62,785 nt of DNA, filler included, from Octopus bimaculoides (GCF_001194135.2; 3 parts of 3 records of this genome joined end to end with filler, not necessarily neighbours in it), one strand, 5' to 3'. Shown: positions 25,202 to 37,697, counted from the first letter of the whole stretch. Program-made: numbers and translations. Notes: a model not told the origin generated them from the sequence alone.

Positions 25202-25592
25202 TTTTTTTTTGTTTTGTTGGCACACCGTCAGTTACGACGACGAGGGTTCCAGCTGATTCGATCAACAGTACAGCCTACTCGTGAAATTAACGTGCAAGTG
25301 GCCGAGTACTCCACAGACACCCTTAACGTAGTTCTCAAGGAGAGTCAGCGTGACACACAGTGTGACAAGGCTGACCCCTTGAATTACAGGCACAACAGAA
25401 ACAGGAAGTAAGAGTGAGAGAAAGTTGTGGTGAAAGAGTAGAGCAGGGATCGCCACCACCCCCTGCCGGTGCCTTGTGGAGCTTTAGAGGTTTTTGCTCA
25501 ATAAACACTCACAACGCCCGATCTGGGAATCGAAACCGCGATCCTACGACCGCAAGTCTGCTACCCTATCCACTGCACCATTGCGCCTCCAC
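25202..25592 (-). mobile_element. SINE family B1, full length, 12-bp TSD
   Basis: TSD aggtaggtagat at 25190-25201 and 25593-25604. tRNA-like head and (aac)/A-rich tail. Confidence 0.9.
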
Positions 25593-25950
25593 AGGTAGGT
25601 AGATAGGTAAGTTGGCAGGTAGGTATGTAGTCTTGTCATCATAGTAACTAAAAAGGGGATTTTAAGTACCTCTGTCAAAATAACGCAACACAGCTTAAAA
25701 AATGAAAAAAAAACAGACGTTCATTATAAAGCAATATAAATATACATTTTCGTTGTTTGTGTGCGTGTGTATGTGTGTAGGTGTGTACATGCGTATGTGT
25801 GTATGTTTTTCTGTGTGTGCGCGTGTGTGAACGTGTGTGTGCATGTGTACGTGTGTACGTGTGTGTGTGTGTGTGAAAAATAGAATTAAAATGTTTCAAG
25901 AAGAAATAGGTTATTGTTGTTGTTTCTGTGAGAGAAATGCAGTGAGAATT

Positions 25951-25987
<37 letters not shown>

Positions 25988-26384
25988 TAAATAGATAGGT
26001 GGAGTGTTTTCACCAGAGCAACTACAAGATTTTCACTATATAACTACTATTAAAAAGCCGGTACTTGCATGATTAACAAATATTTTACCGGAAGTGTTGC
26101 GACAGTAACTGACTTAGTAAACTAACAAAGTTTCTCTAAGCATTCAACTTCAATTGTTAGTGAAATAATACGTGATAGTTTTTTTCTTAATTTTATTCCT
26201 TGACTATCGGAAACGACAAAGATTTTCCAGTAGGTATTTTCATTCCTTTTCCCTTATTGAACGCAATGTTCTATCTGTTTAGAATGGATCTCCTTCTATA
26301 GTTAATTACTCAACTAAATATATATCTGTAGTAAACCATTTTATATTATGTAATCTCTAAGTAATCTATTTGTATTTCTGACAA

Positions 26385-27465
26385 TTCTCTGTCATTTTGA
26401 CACAAGGCTAGTAACTGTGAGGACTGAGAGAAACCGGTACGTCGCTTATCGAATCAGAAAGATAAAAGACGGTGGAATTCAGTGGAATTTGAGTTTAGAA
26501 CCTAAAATTCTGCGGGAAGAAACAGCGCCTAACTTTTCTTCTGACGTGCTAACGAGCCTGCCAGCTCGCCACCTTACTTAAATATCTAATAATCCCCTAT
26601 TTTAAGTTAGGCACAAGTTTAGCAATTCTGAGGCTCGGAAAGTCTTTTACATCAACTCAAGTACTCAACCTTGTTTCATCATATTTTATTGACTCCGAAT
26701 AAATGAAATATAAAGTTAACCTCGGCGCAATTTGAACTCAGAACGTAAACAGCCGGAAGAAATGCTGCGCTGCGTTCCGTTCGACGTTCGAACGATTCTG
26801 CCAGTTTGCTACCTTCAATTTCGAATAATTATTTCTAGTCTTGGCAGAAGGTCAGAAAATTTTGAAGGGAGGGTGAATTCAATTATATTGACTCCAGTAC
26901 TCATCAGATACTTATTTTATCGACCTCTAAAAGATCAAAGGCAAGGTTTACTTCGGAGGGCATTTAGTCTCAAAACAGAATGCACCGGAAGAAACCGCGC
27001 CGAGCATTTTGACTATCTGATGAAGATATCTAATTAGTGTTGACATTAAGTAACACAGTAAGAGGGTAAGCTGGCGAGTCGTTAGCAGTAATCCATCCTT
27101 AATGCTTAGCGCTACTCTGTTAGTTTTGACTTTCTGAGTCCAAATTCCGCCGCCGAGTTTGTGTTTTATCCTTTCAGGGACAATAAAATAAGTATCAGTT
27201 GAGCATAGAGTCGATGTAATCGACTTAAGTCTTTCCCTTGAAATTGCTGTTTTTATACCAACATTTAAAGCAATATTTAAGGCGGTGAGCTGGCAGAATG
27301 TTAGCATATCACGCAAAATGCTTAGCGGCATTCGTCCGCCTTTACGTTCCAAGTTCAAATTCAGCCAAGGTCGATTTTACTTTTCATTGTCTCGGGGTCG
27401 ATAAAATAAGTACTAGTTGAATACTGTGAAATTGTTGGCTTTGTGCCAAAATTGGTCACAAGACC
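26385..27465. mobile_element. Cluster of five family-C SINEs (three minus, then two plus)
   Basis: Repeated gaatttgaactcagaa/ctgccagctcgc motifs at about 26385-26590, 26600-26810 and 26830-27030. Plus-strand copies at about 27065-27265 and 27275-27465. Confidence 0.75.
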
Positions 27466-27570
27466 AAATTGATATTGTGCCAAAGCGGTATTTATGGGAG
27501 AGGAAATAGTTTTGAAGTAACTTCATATATTACTTCCGTATATTTTATCAATCCAATGTGTGTGACTTAC

Positions 27571-27653
27571 AAGGACACTTTTCTCGTTAATCCAAAACGG
27601 ATCCCAAAGACTGGGCATTGGAAATGCCTTCTCATGCCTCGTTACTTCTTTAG
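27571..27653 (-). other. Possible isolated 83-nt exon of an unidentified gene
   Basis: Minus strand: cattaacgtcacag|CTAAAG...GTCCTT|gtaagt. One frame is open (AKEVTRHEKAFPMPSLWDPFWINEKSVL). I do not recognise the peptide and found no partner exons. Confidence 0.2.
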
Positions 27654-28948
27654 CTGTGACGTTAATGTGGGTTACGAATGGGAAAACAGCGAATTAACAG
27701 AAACTGCGAAATGCAGGACAAATTACTTTACAACGTTTATCCTTTACGCGCTATTGCAACTTTATCAGAATTAAATTTAACTTTTATTCTTCCGGGATAT
27801 TTAATAGGAATTATCAGTATCACATTGCTAACGATTTAATTGATTTCACACTCACACGGCTCCCTCCAAGTTTGACAATTCGATATGTGCCTGTTCGAAA
27901 GAATGTAATATCCAGTATCAATGGAAATATTCCCTGCTTTTATGGAACTAAACAAAACTGTTTATTAGTGTTTAACGACACCTAAACATTAGAAATCTCT
28001 TCTGGGTGTTTTTTTTCTAACTCCATACCAACTAGTTTGCTTTAAACAAAATTGCTTTGAACGAGAATTGAAACCATTTCGAATTGATACGTTGTTTAGC
28101 ATGGAACTCTCCTTTGAAAGAACAATATTTCTGTATTTATACATGAAATATATAACATATATTGTTGAAAAAAGAGGAAACGAAACGGTAGTGTGCCGTA
28201 CAGATATTTCTCTTCAGTACGCTCGTAAAGCATGAATATCACGCAATCTCGTTTCCTCTTAAATATAAAGCCTAAACTACGGATATTTTAAGATTATTCA
28301 GATTAGATCAGATCAAAATAATGCTCTCGAAAGAAATCTTATGCTACAGGAATGGACATGGTAAAAATTCGCTTCCACCACGCCACTAGCAGCAGCAGCA
28401 GCACCGGCACCAACATTCTATTTATTTCTTATAATAGAGAAAAAAGAACAATCCAAAGAAATGAAATATACTTGAAATAGTTCAGCTTATAATATCGATC
28501 CTTTATGATAATACGCACTGCATAATTTGTTTTGCGTGTTGCATAAGAAATCCATTTACGGACTTTGATATGAACATTGTCCTCGAACTGACAACTTGTT
28601 GAATAATATTGTCTTATGGTCTTTACATGCAATTGTTTGTTACGACAGGGTATTTCATCTACTCACGAGCGAGTTTTAGTTGCATGTCAATTTCGGGTGT
28701 GCGAGCTTGTCAGCAAATCCTAAGAAAATTCTTCTTACGCTTTGCAATTTCACACTTACGTGTAATGGAATTTGTTGTTCGTCTGACGTGTAAATAGAGC
28801 GGCGAGTTAAGCAGCATCCGAGAACATAAAATGTTGGGTTAAAATAAATAAATAAATAAATACAAGTTCAGTATATATTTAAATGTATGCATGTATGTGT
28901 GAATGCATATATGTCTGTGTATGTACAAATACATGCGCACACATATGC

Positions 28949-29134
<186 letters not shown>

Positions 29135-29645
29135 GTATATATATATGTGTGTATACATACAACGTACACTCAACCCACAGACGCACGCATGCACATCCAC
29201 ACTCATACACACACACGCACATACTGATATGATGTACGAAAAAATCTTATATGGTTTTAAAACCGCAAATACGTATGTTTAAAATGATGAAATACACTTG
29301 ACAGTCGCAAACGCGTAGTGTTTATATACAAGCTTAATCAGGATAGGTAAAAAAAAATTCATCTGAACTGGTTTCAATCTTAATAACCGGGACCCTTCTC
29401 TCGCTATATACATCAATATAACATCATATTATTAGTCACTATTATTACAACTGTGTTCTATCAGAATCACACATGAAGTGTCTGAGGCTCTGATGAAACT
29501 GTAAGGTGTTACACAGTCATTCAAGTATGAGTCCGCCGCATCTGATATTGGAAACAGTTGTAAGCTGGTGAAGGTCATAACATAATTGCGTAGTCCTTCG
29601 TCAACTCTTCAATAACAATATGTATAAACTCTGTATTTAGAATAA

Positions 29646-29807
29646 CCAATTTCAAAGACTGTTGGATTTTACTCATAGGGTATTGGAATCTTAATGATGG
29701 ATTTACAAATGTAATGACCAATCTTAAAGACTCTTGGATTTTACTCACAATGTGTTGGAATCTTATATGTGTACCATTCTGCCTAAACAATGGACTTACA
29801 AATACAA
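29646..29807. repeat. Imperfect tandem duplication, period about 72 bp
   Basis: ccaatttcaaagactgttggattttactcat...ttggaatctta (29646) vs ccaatcttaaagactcttggattttactcac...ttggaatctta (29718). Confidence 0.75.
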
Positions 29808-29876
29808 TATCCCTACATTCACTCTCTATTTCCTATCTTATCTTAATTAACTATTGTTTAACCATCCTCTCACATC

Positions 29877-29923
29877 GTCTCCGATGAAGAGATATAATAA
29901 ATATCCTGGAAAAGCTGTAAAAC
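29877..29923 (+). ncRNA. Degenerate type-I hammerhead ribozyme motif (Penelope/retrozyme-like)
   Basis: gtct-CCGATGAA-gagatat aataa atatcct-g-GAAA-agctgt-a-aaac. Stem II gatat/atatc. The helix III remnant of palindrome ACAGCTGT is intact in the copy at 51967-51974. Confidence 0.5.
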
Positions 29924-30803
29924 CTATTTATAAATGTTCTAAAATATACACAGCCTTGGTTTTTTTTAATCTCATTACGAAAAGTAAATCTTTATATTCA
30001 CACGCTGATATACGACATACGTTGAACCCCTTATTCGCATAATCTCCGAACCTGGAGCTTAACTATGTTCTATCCATANNNNNNNNNNNNNNNNNNNNNN
30101 NNNNNNNNNNNNNNNNNNNNNNNNNNNNNNNNNNNNNNNNNNNNNNNNNNNNNNNNNNNNNNNNNNNNNNNNNNNNNNNNNNNNNNNNNNNNNNNNNNNN
30201 NNNNNNNNNNNNNNNNNNNNNNNNNNNNNNNNNNNNNNNNNNNNNNNNNNNNNNNNNNNNNNNNNNNNNNNNNNNNNNNNNNNNNNNNNNNNNNNNNNNN
30301 NNNNNNNNNNNNNNNNNNNNNNNNNNNNNNNNNNNNNNNNNNNNNNNNNNNNNNNNNNNNNNNNNNNNNNNNNNNNNNNNNNNNNNNNNNNNNNNNNNNN
30401 NNNNNNNNNNNNNNNNNNNNNNNNNNNNNNNNNNNNNNNNNNNNNNNNNNNNNNNNNNNNNNNNNNNNNNNNNNNNNNNNNNNNNNNNNNNNNNNNNNNN
30501 NNNNNNNNNNNNNNNNNNNNNNNNNNNNNNNNNNNNNNNNNNNNNNNNNNNNNNNNNNNNNNNNNNNNNNNNNNNNNNNNNNNNNNNNNNNNNNNNNNNN
30601 NNNNNNNNNNNNNNNNNNNNNNNNNNNNNNNNNNNNNNNNNNNNNNNNNNNNNNNNNNNNNNNNNNNNNNNNNNNNNNNNNNNNNNNNNNNNNNNNNNNN
30701 NNNNNNNNNNNNNNNNNNNNNNNNNNNNNNNNNNNNNNNNNNNNNNNNNNNNNNNNNNNNNNNNNNNNNNNNNNNNNNNNNNNNNNNNNNNNNNNNNNNN
30801 NNN

Positions 30804-30855
30804 TGTGTGTGTGCATATGTTGGGGGGGGGGACAAACACAGACATACCGACATAT

Positions 30856-30889
<34 letters not shown>

Positions 30890-31035
30890 GCTATTTTCAC
30901 TTTCCGTCTGCCAGATCCTCTCACAACGCTTTGGTCGTAGACTTATAGTAGAAGACACTTGCCTAAGGTGCCACGCAGTGTGACTGAACCCGTAACCATG
31001 TGGTTGGTAAGCAAACTACTTACCACATAGCAACT
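30804..31035 (-). mobile_element. SINE family A (head half and part of tail)
   Basis: tagtagaagacacttgcctaaggtgccacgcagtg...accatgtggttggtaagcaaactacttaccac. Confidence 0.8.
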
Positions 31036-31324
31036 CACATACTCACATGTACATTTACATCTTTACACATTTGCACTCATACATACTTACATATATACAT
31101 ATAACTTTTGTGTATGTGTGTGTTTGTGCGGGTGTGTGTATGGGGGTTTACATAGTCATAAACTGAGGTAGCTTAAGAATGATATGCGAGAAGATATTTT
31201 CCGAATTATTTAGATATATTTTGACCGATAAAACTTAATCTTTAGAACCTCAGAAAAAACTAACCTGATATGAATAGAGACGATTCTGTAAATAGATTCT
31301 CTACAATTGCTGATGGAACTGAAT

Positions 31325-31424
31325 NNNNNNNNNNNNNNNNNNNNNNNNNNNNNNNNNNNNNNNNNNNNTTAATTAATTAANNNNNNNNNNNNNNNNNNNN
31401 NNNNNNNNNNNNNNNNNNNNNNNN
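31325..31424. other. Synthetic scaffold-joining linker (44 N + TTAATTAATTAA + 44 N)
   Basis: Exactly 100 bp. The 12-mer places stop codons in all six frames. An identical structure lies at 42233-42332. Confidence 0.9.
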
Positions 31425-31884
31425 TATTCTTTGCTTTTGCTATTCCTGAATGACGTTTGTAATCTTTAATTGTGTGTAGATGTGTGTGTGTGTGTGTGTG
31501 TGTCTATTCACTTGGGCATTGCAAGACCAATAACTCAATGTAGAGCTCAATATACATATGTTTCAGAACGAAATGTTGGCTGAGTATACAGTGGTAATAA
31601 GAAAAAGAGATGAGAGAGGAATGATTATCTTATGAGCTACATTACATTTGTAGAATTATATTTGTGCCTAAATAGGGAATGGCAACATCAATGGGTTATG
31701 GCAATACAGATGTATATAAGAAAAGTGTATGTCCAAAATTTGATTAGATGCATAAGTGGAAATATATGTATATATACATATACATGCACTCTGAGGCATC
31801 CACAGATACAGACAGACACACATATGCAAAAACCCAACTCAGAGACACACAGAGACATGCACCAGCTCTGGGACATATGTACAC

Positions 31885-32125
31885 ATGCTGTACTCTTTCA
31901 CCACAACTTTCTCTCACTCTTTCTTCCTGTTTCTGTTGTGCCTGTAATTCAAAGGGTCAGCCGTGTCACACTGTGCCACGCTGAATATCCCCCGGGAACT
32001 ACGTTAAGGTTACACGTGTCTGTGGAGTGCTCAGCCACTTGCACGTTAATTTCACGAGCAGGCTGTTCCGTTGACCGGATCAACTGGAACCCTCGACACC
32101 GTAAGCGACGGAGTGCCAACAACAA
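31885..32125 (+). mobile_element. SINE family B1, 5'-truncated
   Basis: tgctgtactctttcaccacaactttctc...gacggagtgccaacaacaat. Confidence 0.85.
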
Positions 32126-32559
32126 TAAATGTATTGAATTCTAACAGTTTGTTAGTTTGTTAGTATGAGTAGCATTATGACTAAACAGAAACCATAACAA
32201 TCGCTCATCTGTAGACACATACAGACATTAATACACACACATACAGACACATACATTCACACATACAGTTCATTGGTAGTAGTTCTATAACAACATACAC
32301 GTTTATTCAAATCGTCATGTAGCGAAAAATTTATATTTCTTACATATTAAATAATAATGACAACGTATCAAATGGTTTGTTCAGTATACTGTGTTGCATT
32401 GCATTACATTATTGTTTGTATATTTGTTGCATTTTTTTTTTCTATGCACAATAACAATAATAAATGTAATAATGATAAATCTTTATATTAATAATAATAA
32501 TTCTAATCATTATTATATAATCGTCTTCCTCTTCATCCTCATGTCCATCACCAATCGTC

Positions 32560-32710
32560 ATCAGTTGTTAAATCTGTTTTTCCATGCTGGCATGGGTTGG
32601 ATGGGTATGCAATACAGAATCCTTATACACATCTCAATCCTGCACCGTATTGCATGAGGTTTTGACTGGGGTTTTCGCAACTGGATGCCCCTTTTATTGC
32701 CAACCACTAT
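32560..32710 (-). mobile_element. RTE 3'-end fragment (family E), decayed
   Basis: ccatgctggcatgggttggatg...ctggatgcccc...gccaacc, homologous to 36800-36951. Confidence 0.65.
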
Positions 32711-32963
32711 TTCTTCACTGTACGATATTTCTTTATCTATTTCTCTTTATCATTCTCTTTCCATCATTCTCTTACACACTTATAAAGGTTTCTTCAACAA
32801 TTCTTTGTATTTGTTTTAGAATTACTTCATTCTAATTAAAATTTCTACATCTTTTTTTATTAATTCAAAAAAAAATTTTTCTCCACTGATTTACTCTTTC
32901 GCATGTAGACTTTCATAATGCATCTTCTTTTCAAAGCATCTCTATTATTAGTATTATTATTAC

Positions 32964-33006
<43 letters not shown>

Positions 33007-33029
33007 TTCTTTGGTATTATCTTATATCT

Positions 33030-33415
33030 CTTATGATTTACTTGTTTCAGTCATTTGTCTGCAGCCATGCTGGAGCATTGCAATGAAGGGTCTTAGAACC
33101 CAGTACTTGGTTTTATAGTCTGATATTTATTTTATTGTCCTCTTTTGATGAACCACTAAGTAAAGAAACCAATACTGATTCTCAAGCTATAGGAGACAAA
33201 CACAAGCATAACGATACACTCACCCATATATGCATGCATTCACACATAAACACATGTGCACATGCATGCACATGTGCACACACACATGTATATATATGAT
33301 GAGCTTCTTTCAGTCTCCATACAGCAAAACCAGTCACAAAGCTTTGGTCAGCCTAAGGTTATAGTAGAAGATACTTGCCCAAGGTTTTGTGCTGTGGAAC
33401 TGAATCCAAAACCAA
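33030..33415 (-). mobile_element. SINE family A, heavily decayed, CpG-depleted
   Basis: ttacttgtttcagtcatttgtctgcagccatgctggagc...ggttatagtagaagatacttgcccaagg. Confidence 0.75.
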
Positions 33416-33799
33416 GGTTTTTTGCAAAAATTACACACAGACTAGAAACATGCAAAAATACTTTTGAGTGAAATAACAGACTGAAGAATTTGGTACCTAG
33501 CAGCAAGTGTAAAATCTAAAAAGCAGAGAGAGAGAGANNNNNNNNNNCAGGTTGAACAAAAGCAAAATTTTACCTTTGCAGATATATTTTTTCTTATCTA
33601 AATATGTTGTTTAGTAAATAATTTAGTTTGTTGATTGGCTGTCTTGTCTTCCCTAAATTGTAAATATTTTAGCATATTTTAGTGCTTTTGAAGCATATGG
33701 TTTCTGCTTTTGCGTATTCTGATTTATAATTTCATATAAAATTGCTGAGATGTAGCGGTTTGTTTGATTAGTTTAGCTGAAAAAACAGAAATTTTATAT

Positions 33800-33905
33800 C
33801 ATCATCATTTTAATGTCCACTTATCCATGCTGGCATGGGTTGGATGCAATTTGTTGAGGCAGATTTTCTATGATGGGAGACCCTTCCAGTCACCAACTCT
33901 CACTT
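33800..33905 (-). mobile_element. RTE 3'-end fragment (family E), decayed
   Basis: atcatcattttaatgtccacttatccatgctggcatgggttggatg. Confidence 0.65.
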
Positions 33906-34111
33906 GTTTCCAAGAAAATTAACACTACACCTGATAGCTAGAAGTTTGGAAACAAGGAATGTCACTTGTATGAGGGCAACACTCATTTTTAATAGTCACA
34001 TGATGTTAGGACAAGGTAACACCAACTCATACACATACGTTGATATGCATACATATATATGAATATGCATGCATACATGCATGCGCATGAGCACACACAC
34101 ACACACACATA

Positions 34112-34916
34112 CCAAATTACAAGTTCAGGTTTACACCTGTAATTATTGGGGCACTGGGATATGTAACGCACTGCCTAAGTACCAATCTTGAGAAATTAGG
34201 CTTCCCAAAACCGGAAAGGAGAAAGTTGATGCAAAGACTACAGATTCAAAGTCATCACTAGAACTGTAAAAATTTGTAAAATTTTCCAGAAATTTGTCAT
34301 TTAAGTATATATGAGCATGTCTAGATATGCCAGTATATGCGTGAGAATATTGTTGTTGTTGTTGTTGGCACTCCGTCGCTTACGACGTCGAGGGTTCCAG
34401 TTGATCCAATCAATGGAACAGCCTGCTTGTGAAATTAACGTGCATGTGGCTGAGCACTCCACAGACACATGTACCCTTAACGTAGTTCTCGGGGAGATTC
34501 AGCGTGACACAGTGTGACAAGGCTGACCCTTTGAATTACAGGCACAACAGAAACAGGAAGTAAGAATGAGAGAAAGTTGTGGTGAAAGAGTACAGCAGGG
34601 TTCGCCACCATCCCCTGCCGGAACCTCGTGGAGCTTTAGGTGTTTTCGCTCAATAAACACTCACAACGCCCCGTCTGGGAATCGAAACCGTGATCCTATG
34701 ACCACGAGTCCGCTGTCTTAACCACTGGGCCATTGCACCTCCACTCGCATGAGAATATATACAATATAAAAAACCCCACAAATCGGCACATATATATACA
34801 TAAAAAAATACCTTGTTGATGTTGTTGAAATTCCAATGAAGGAACCTTGGCTCTAGGTTAGAAACTGACTCTTTCTCTGTTGACAAGAAGACAAGAAATC
34901 TTGAAATAAAACTGAG
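34112..34916 (+). mobile_element. 3' end of a second RLE-type (R4/R2-group) LINE family, interrupted by a B1 SINE
   Basis: PNYKFRFTPVIIGALGYVTHCLSTNLEKLGFPKPERRKLMQRLQIQ...TVKICKIFQKFVI*, followed by a 3' UTR homologous to 49550-49792. Confidence 0.8.
34351..34746 (-). mobile_element. SINE family B1, full length, 12-bp TSD
   Basis: TSD gcgtgagaatat (34339-34350) / gcatgagaatat (34747-34758). (aac)n tail. Confidence 0.9.
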
Positions 34917-34921
34917 TAATC

Positions 34922-34952
<31 letters not shown>

Positions 34953-36316
34953 GTTGAAAAGGGGTTAAGAATTTATACAAATAAAAGTATAAATGGAGAT
35001 AGTACAGAAGTATGTTTAAAGATCTTTTTACTTATTTTTCTTTTAATTAAACAGGATAAGTAATTTTTTATTGTTACATTAAGTGACTTTTATAAAATAT
35101 TAAATACTACTGGTTTCAATGTATATGTCAAACTTATCAAATATTAAAAATCCAAAGTCAAAGATTTCGAAAGAAGAAAAATTTGGAAACTAAAACAGTT
35201 GGTAGTCATATTTTGTGTGTAGTTAAAAAACATGTATATATATATATATGTGTGTACTATTAAAAGTCAGAGTGAATCTTGCTTGCTTGCAATTTTACTC
35301 AGTCAAACTGGCATATAATGGCAAAATACCATGAATTAAGTTTACCCTGAAATGTTAATACAAATGGAATGAAACAGGTTTTGCGTAAAGTGATTTTCAA
35401 GATATTAGAGGTTTATGGGGTATAAATGCTCAAAATGGTGCATAACGGGAAAATGTTCCAAAAATAATCTTCATCCTGAAAGGGAAGAAACTCCTATCTT
35501 TCTATTAGGCACTGAGTTAACAACGAAAAAAAAAATTTTTTTACAGTAAATGTTTCTATTTTCGCTTTTGTTAAACACAATATTTTAATCATTTAGATAA
35601 TTTTTTTAAGTGAATGTAATTTCAAAAATGTAAGTTGTTTGTACAGTAAATATTTATATTTGAGCTTTCTTTAAACAAACAATATTTTAATGTTTTTTTA
35701 AAATCATTTTCAAGTGAATACCATTACAAAAACTTTTGTTGGCATATTTAAAAACCATTCTAAAGTAAAAAGGACTTCAAAAATACAGTAAATATTTTGT
35801 AAAAGATCCGTTTGTAACCTCAGTGTGAAATAGATTTTTTTCATAGGTTTTTATTGAATGCATTCAATGTATCTCACTTCCAAAGATTTGGCTGCTATTT
35901 CTAGCACGCCCTGCTACCTCGTAACAGCTTTTTGAGATAAAGGACCCAAAATACCTGTTATGTGGTAGCAGGACATGCAAGAAATAGCAACCAACTCTTT
36001 CTTTTTGTGAGGAAAGGAGCTGTTTTTGTGTGATTTCGATGTCACATTCGTTGAAAGCATGCGAAATAACCTGGAAAATATTTTAAAAAACCATGAAACA
36101 AAATACCTTTGCTGAAAAGCTCAGAGTTTTCCGGTGACCCAACGGGTCATGAGTAGTCTAGTATACATATATATATATGTAAAGAATAAAAAGTTTAGAA
36201 AGGTATAACAATGCACNNNNNNNNNNNNNNNNNNNNNNNNNNNNNNNNNNNNNNNNNNNNNNNNNNNNNNNNNNNNNNNNNNNNNNNNNNNNNNNNNNNN
36301 NNNNNNNNNNNNNNNN

Positions 36317-36632
36317 ATGGCCCAGTGGTTAGGGCAGCGGACTTGCGGTCATAGGATCGCGGTTTATTGAGTGAAAACACCGAAAGCTCCACAAGGTTCC
36401 GGCAGGGGATGGTGGCGAACCCTGCTGTACTCTTTCACCACAACTTTCTCTCACTCTTACTTCCTGTTTCTGTTGTGCCTGTAACTCAAAGGGTCAGCCT
36501 TGTCACACTGTGTCACGCTGAATATCTCCGAGAACTACGTTAAGGGTACACGTGTCTGTGGAGTGCTCAGCCACTTGCACGTTAATTTCACGTTAATTTC
36601 ACGAGCAGGCTTTTCCAATGGAGTGCCAACAA
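36317..36632 (+). mobile_element. SINE family B1 with internal deletions and a short tandem duplication
   Basis: atggcccagtggttagggcagcggac. The B-box segment is deleted, and cacgttaattt is duplicated. Confidence 0.85.
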
Positions 36633-36799
36633 CCAGTTTAATAATGACAAAAGCCATGTAAGAAATGTTTTGCTGTTTTAAAAAGTAATTGAATCAAAGG
36701 CAGGACATTTTAACAGAAATGTAGTAACAAAACACTTAAATTATTTGATAAGAAAGGACAGATTGGGTAATGAGTGTCATCCTGGGAACATCATAATCA

Positions 36800-37322
36800 A
36801 CATCATCATCATCATCATCGTTTAATGTCCACTTTCGATGCTAGCATGGGTTGGATGATTTGACTGAGGACTGGTGAACCAGATGGCTACACCAGGCTCC
36901 AATCTGATTTGGCAGAGTTTCTACAGCTGGATGCCCTTCCTAACGCCAACCACTCCGAGAGTGTAGTGGGTGCTTTTATGTGCCACCGGCACGAGGGCCA
37001 GTCAAGCGGTACTGGCAACGGCCACGCTCAAAATGGTGTATTTTATGTGCCACCCGCACAGGAGCCAGTCCAGCGGCACTGGCAACGATCTCGCTCGAAT
37101 GTCTTTACACGTACCACCGGCACAAGTGCCAGGAAGGTGACACTGGGCACTGGTGCCATCACGATTTCGCTTTCGCTTGCCCCAACAGGTCTTCGCAAGC
37201 CGAGTTTAGTGTCCAATGAAAGAAAGTATGCATAAGTGGGCTGGCTACACCCCTGGCAGAGGCCTTGGATTTAGGTCTCACTTGGCTTGACAGGTCTTCT
37301 CACGCACAGCATATTTCCAAAT
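36800..37322 (-). mobile_element. 5'-truncated RTE-clade LINE: ORF end, 3' UTR with minisatellite, (gat)n tail (family E)
   Basis: The minus strand begins WKYAVREKTCQAK* and ends ...ccaacccatgctagcatcgaaagtggacattaaacgatgatgatg, an RTE-type tail. Confidence 0.7.
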
Positions 37323-37637
37323 AAATAAATAACTGGGATGGCAACAGCAGGAATGCATTTGGTCATTGACCTGTTCAATAAGTTTCATGTGGGAAATGCA
37401 TTTGATCATAGATTTGTTCAATAATGTTTATGTGGTTAAAGAATATAAAAAAAAAAAAAAAATCGAGCTAAATATGTAAGATGACCCATCCTTGAAAACA
37501 GACAACAATACCTACAACTGCTTCTAGTTATAGCAACAAATAGAAGTAGTAGTAGTAGTATTGTTTTTGGTGCTGGTACTTCTGTAACAATTCAAACATG
37601 ATTAAGTGACAGATAAGAATAAACAATGAAAACTATT

Positions 37638-37696
<59 letters not shown>

Positions 37697-37697
<1 letters not shown>

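Noticed and set aside
25500-25592. tRNA-like sequences (A/B boxes) in SINE heads as tRNA genes
   Set aside because: No complete cloverleaf. They continue into SINE bodies with tails and TSDs.
35885-36000. 23-bp imperfect inverted repeat gatttggctgctatttctagca / tgcaagaaatagcaaccaactc
   Set aside because: Real but short and degenerate. Probably two fragments of a common small repeat, with too little evidence to define an element.
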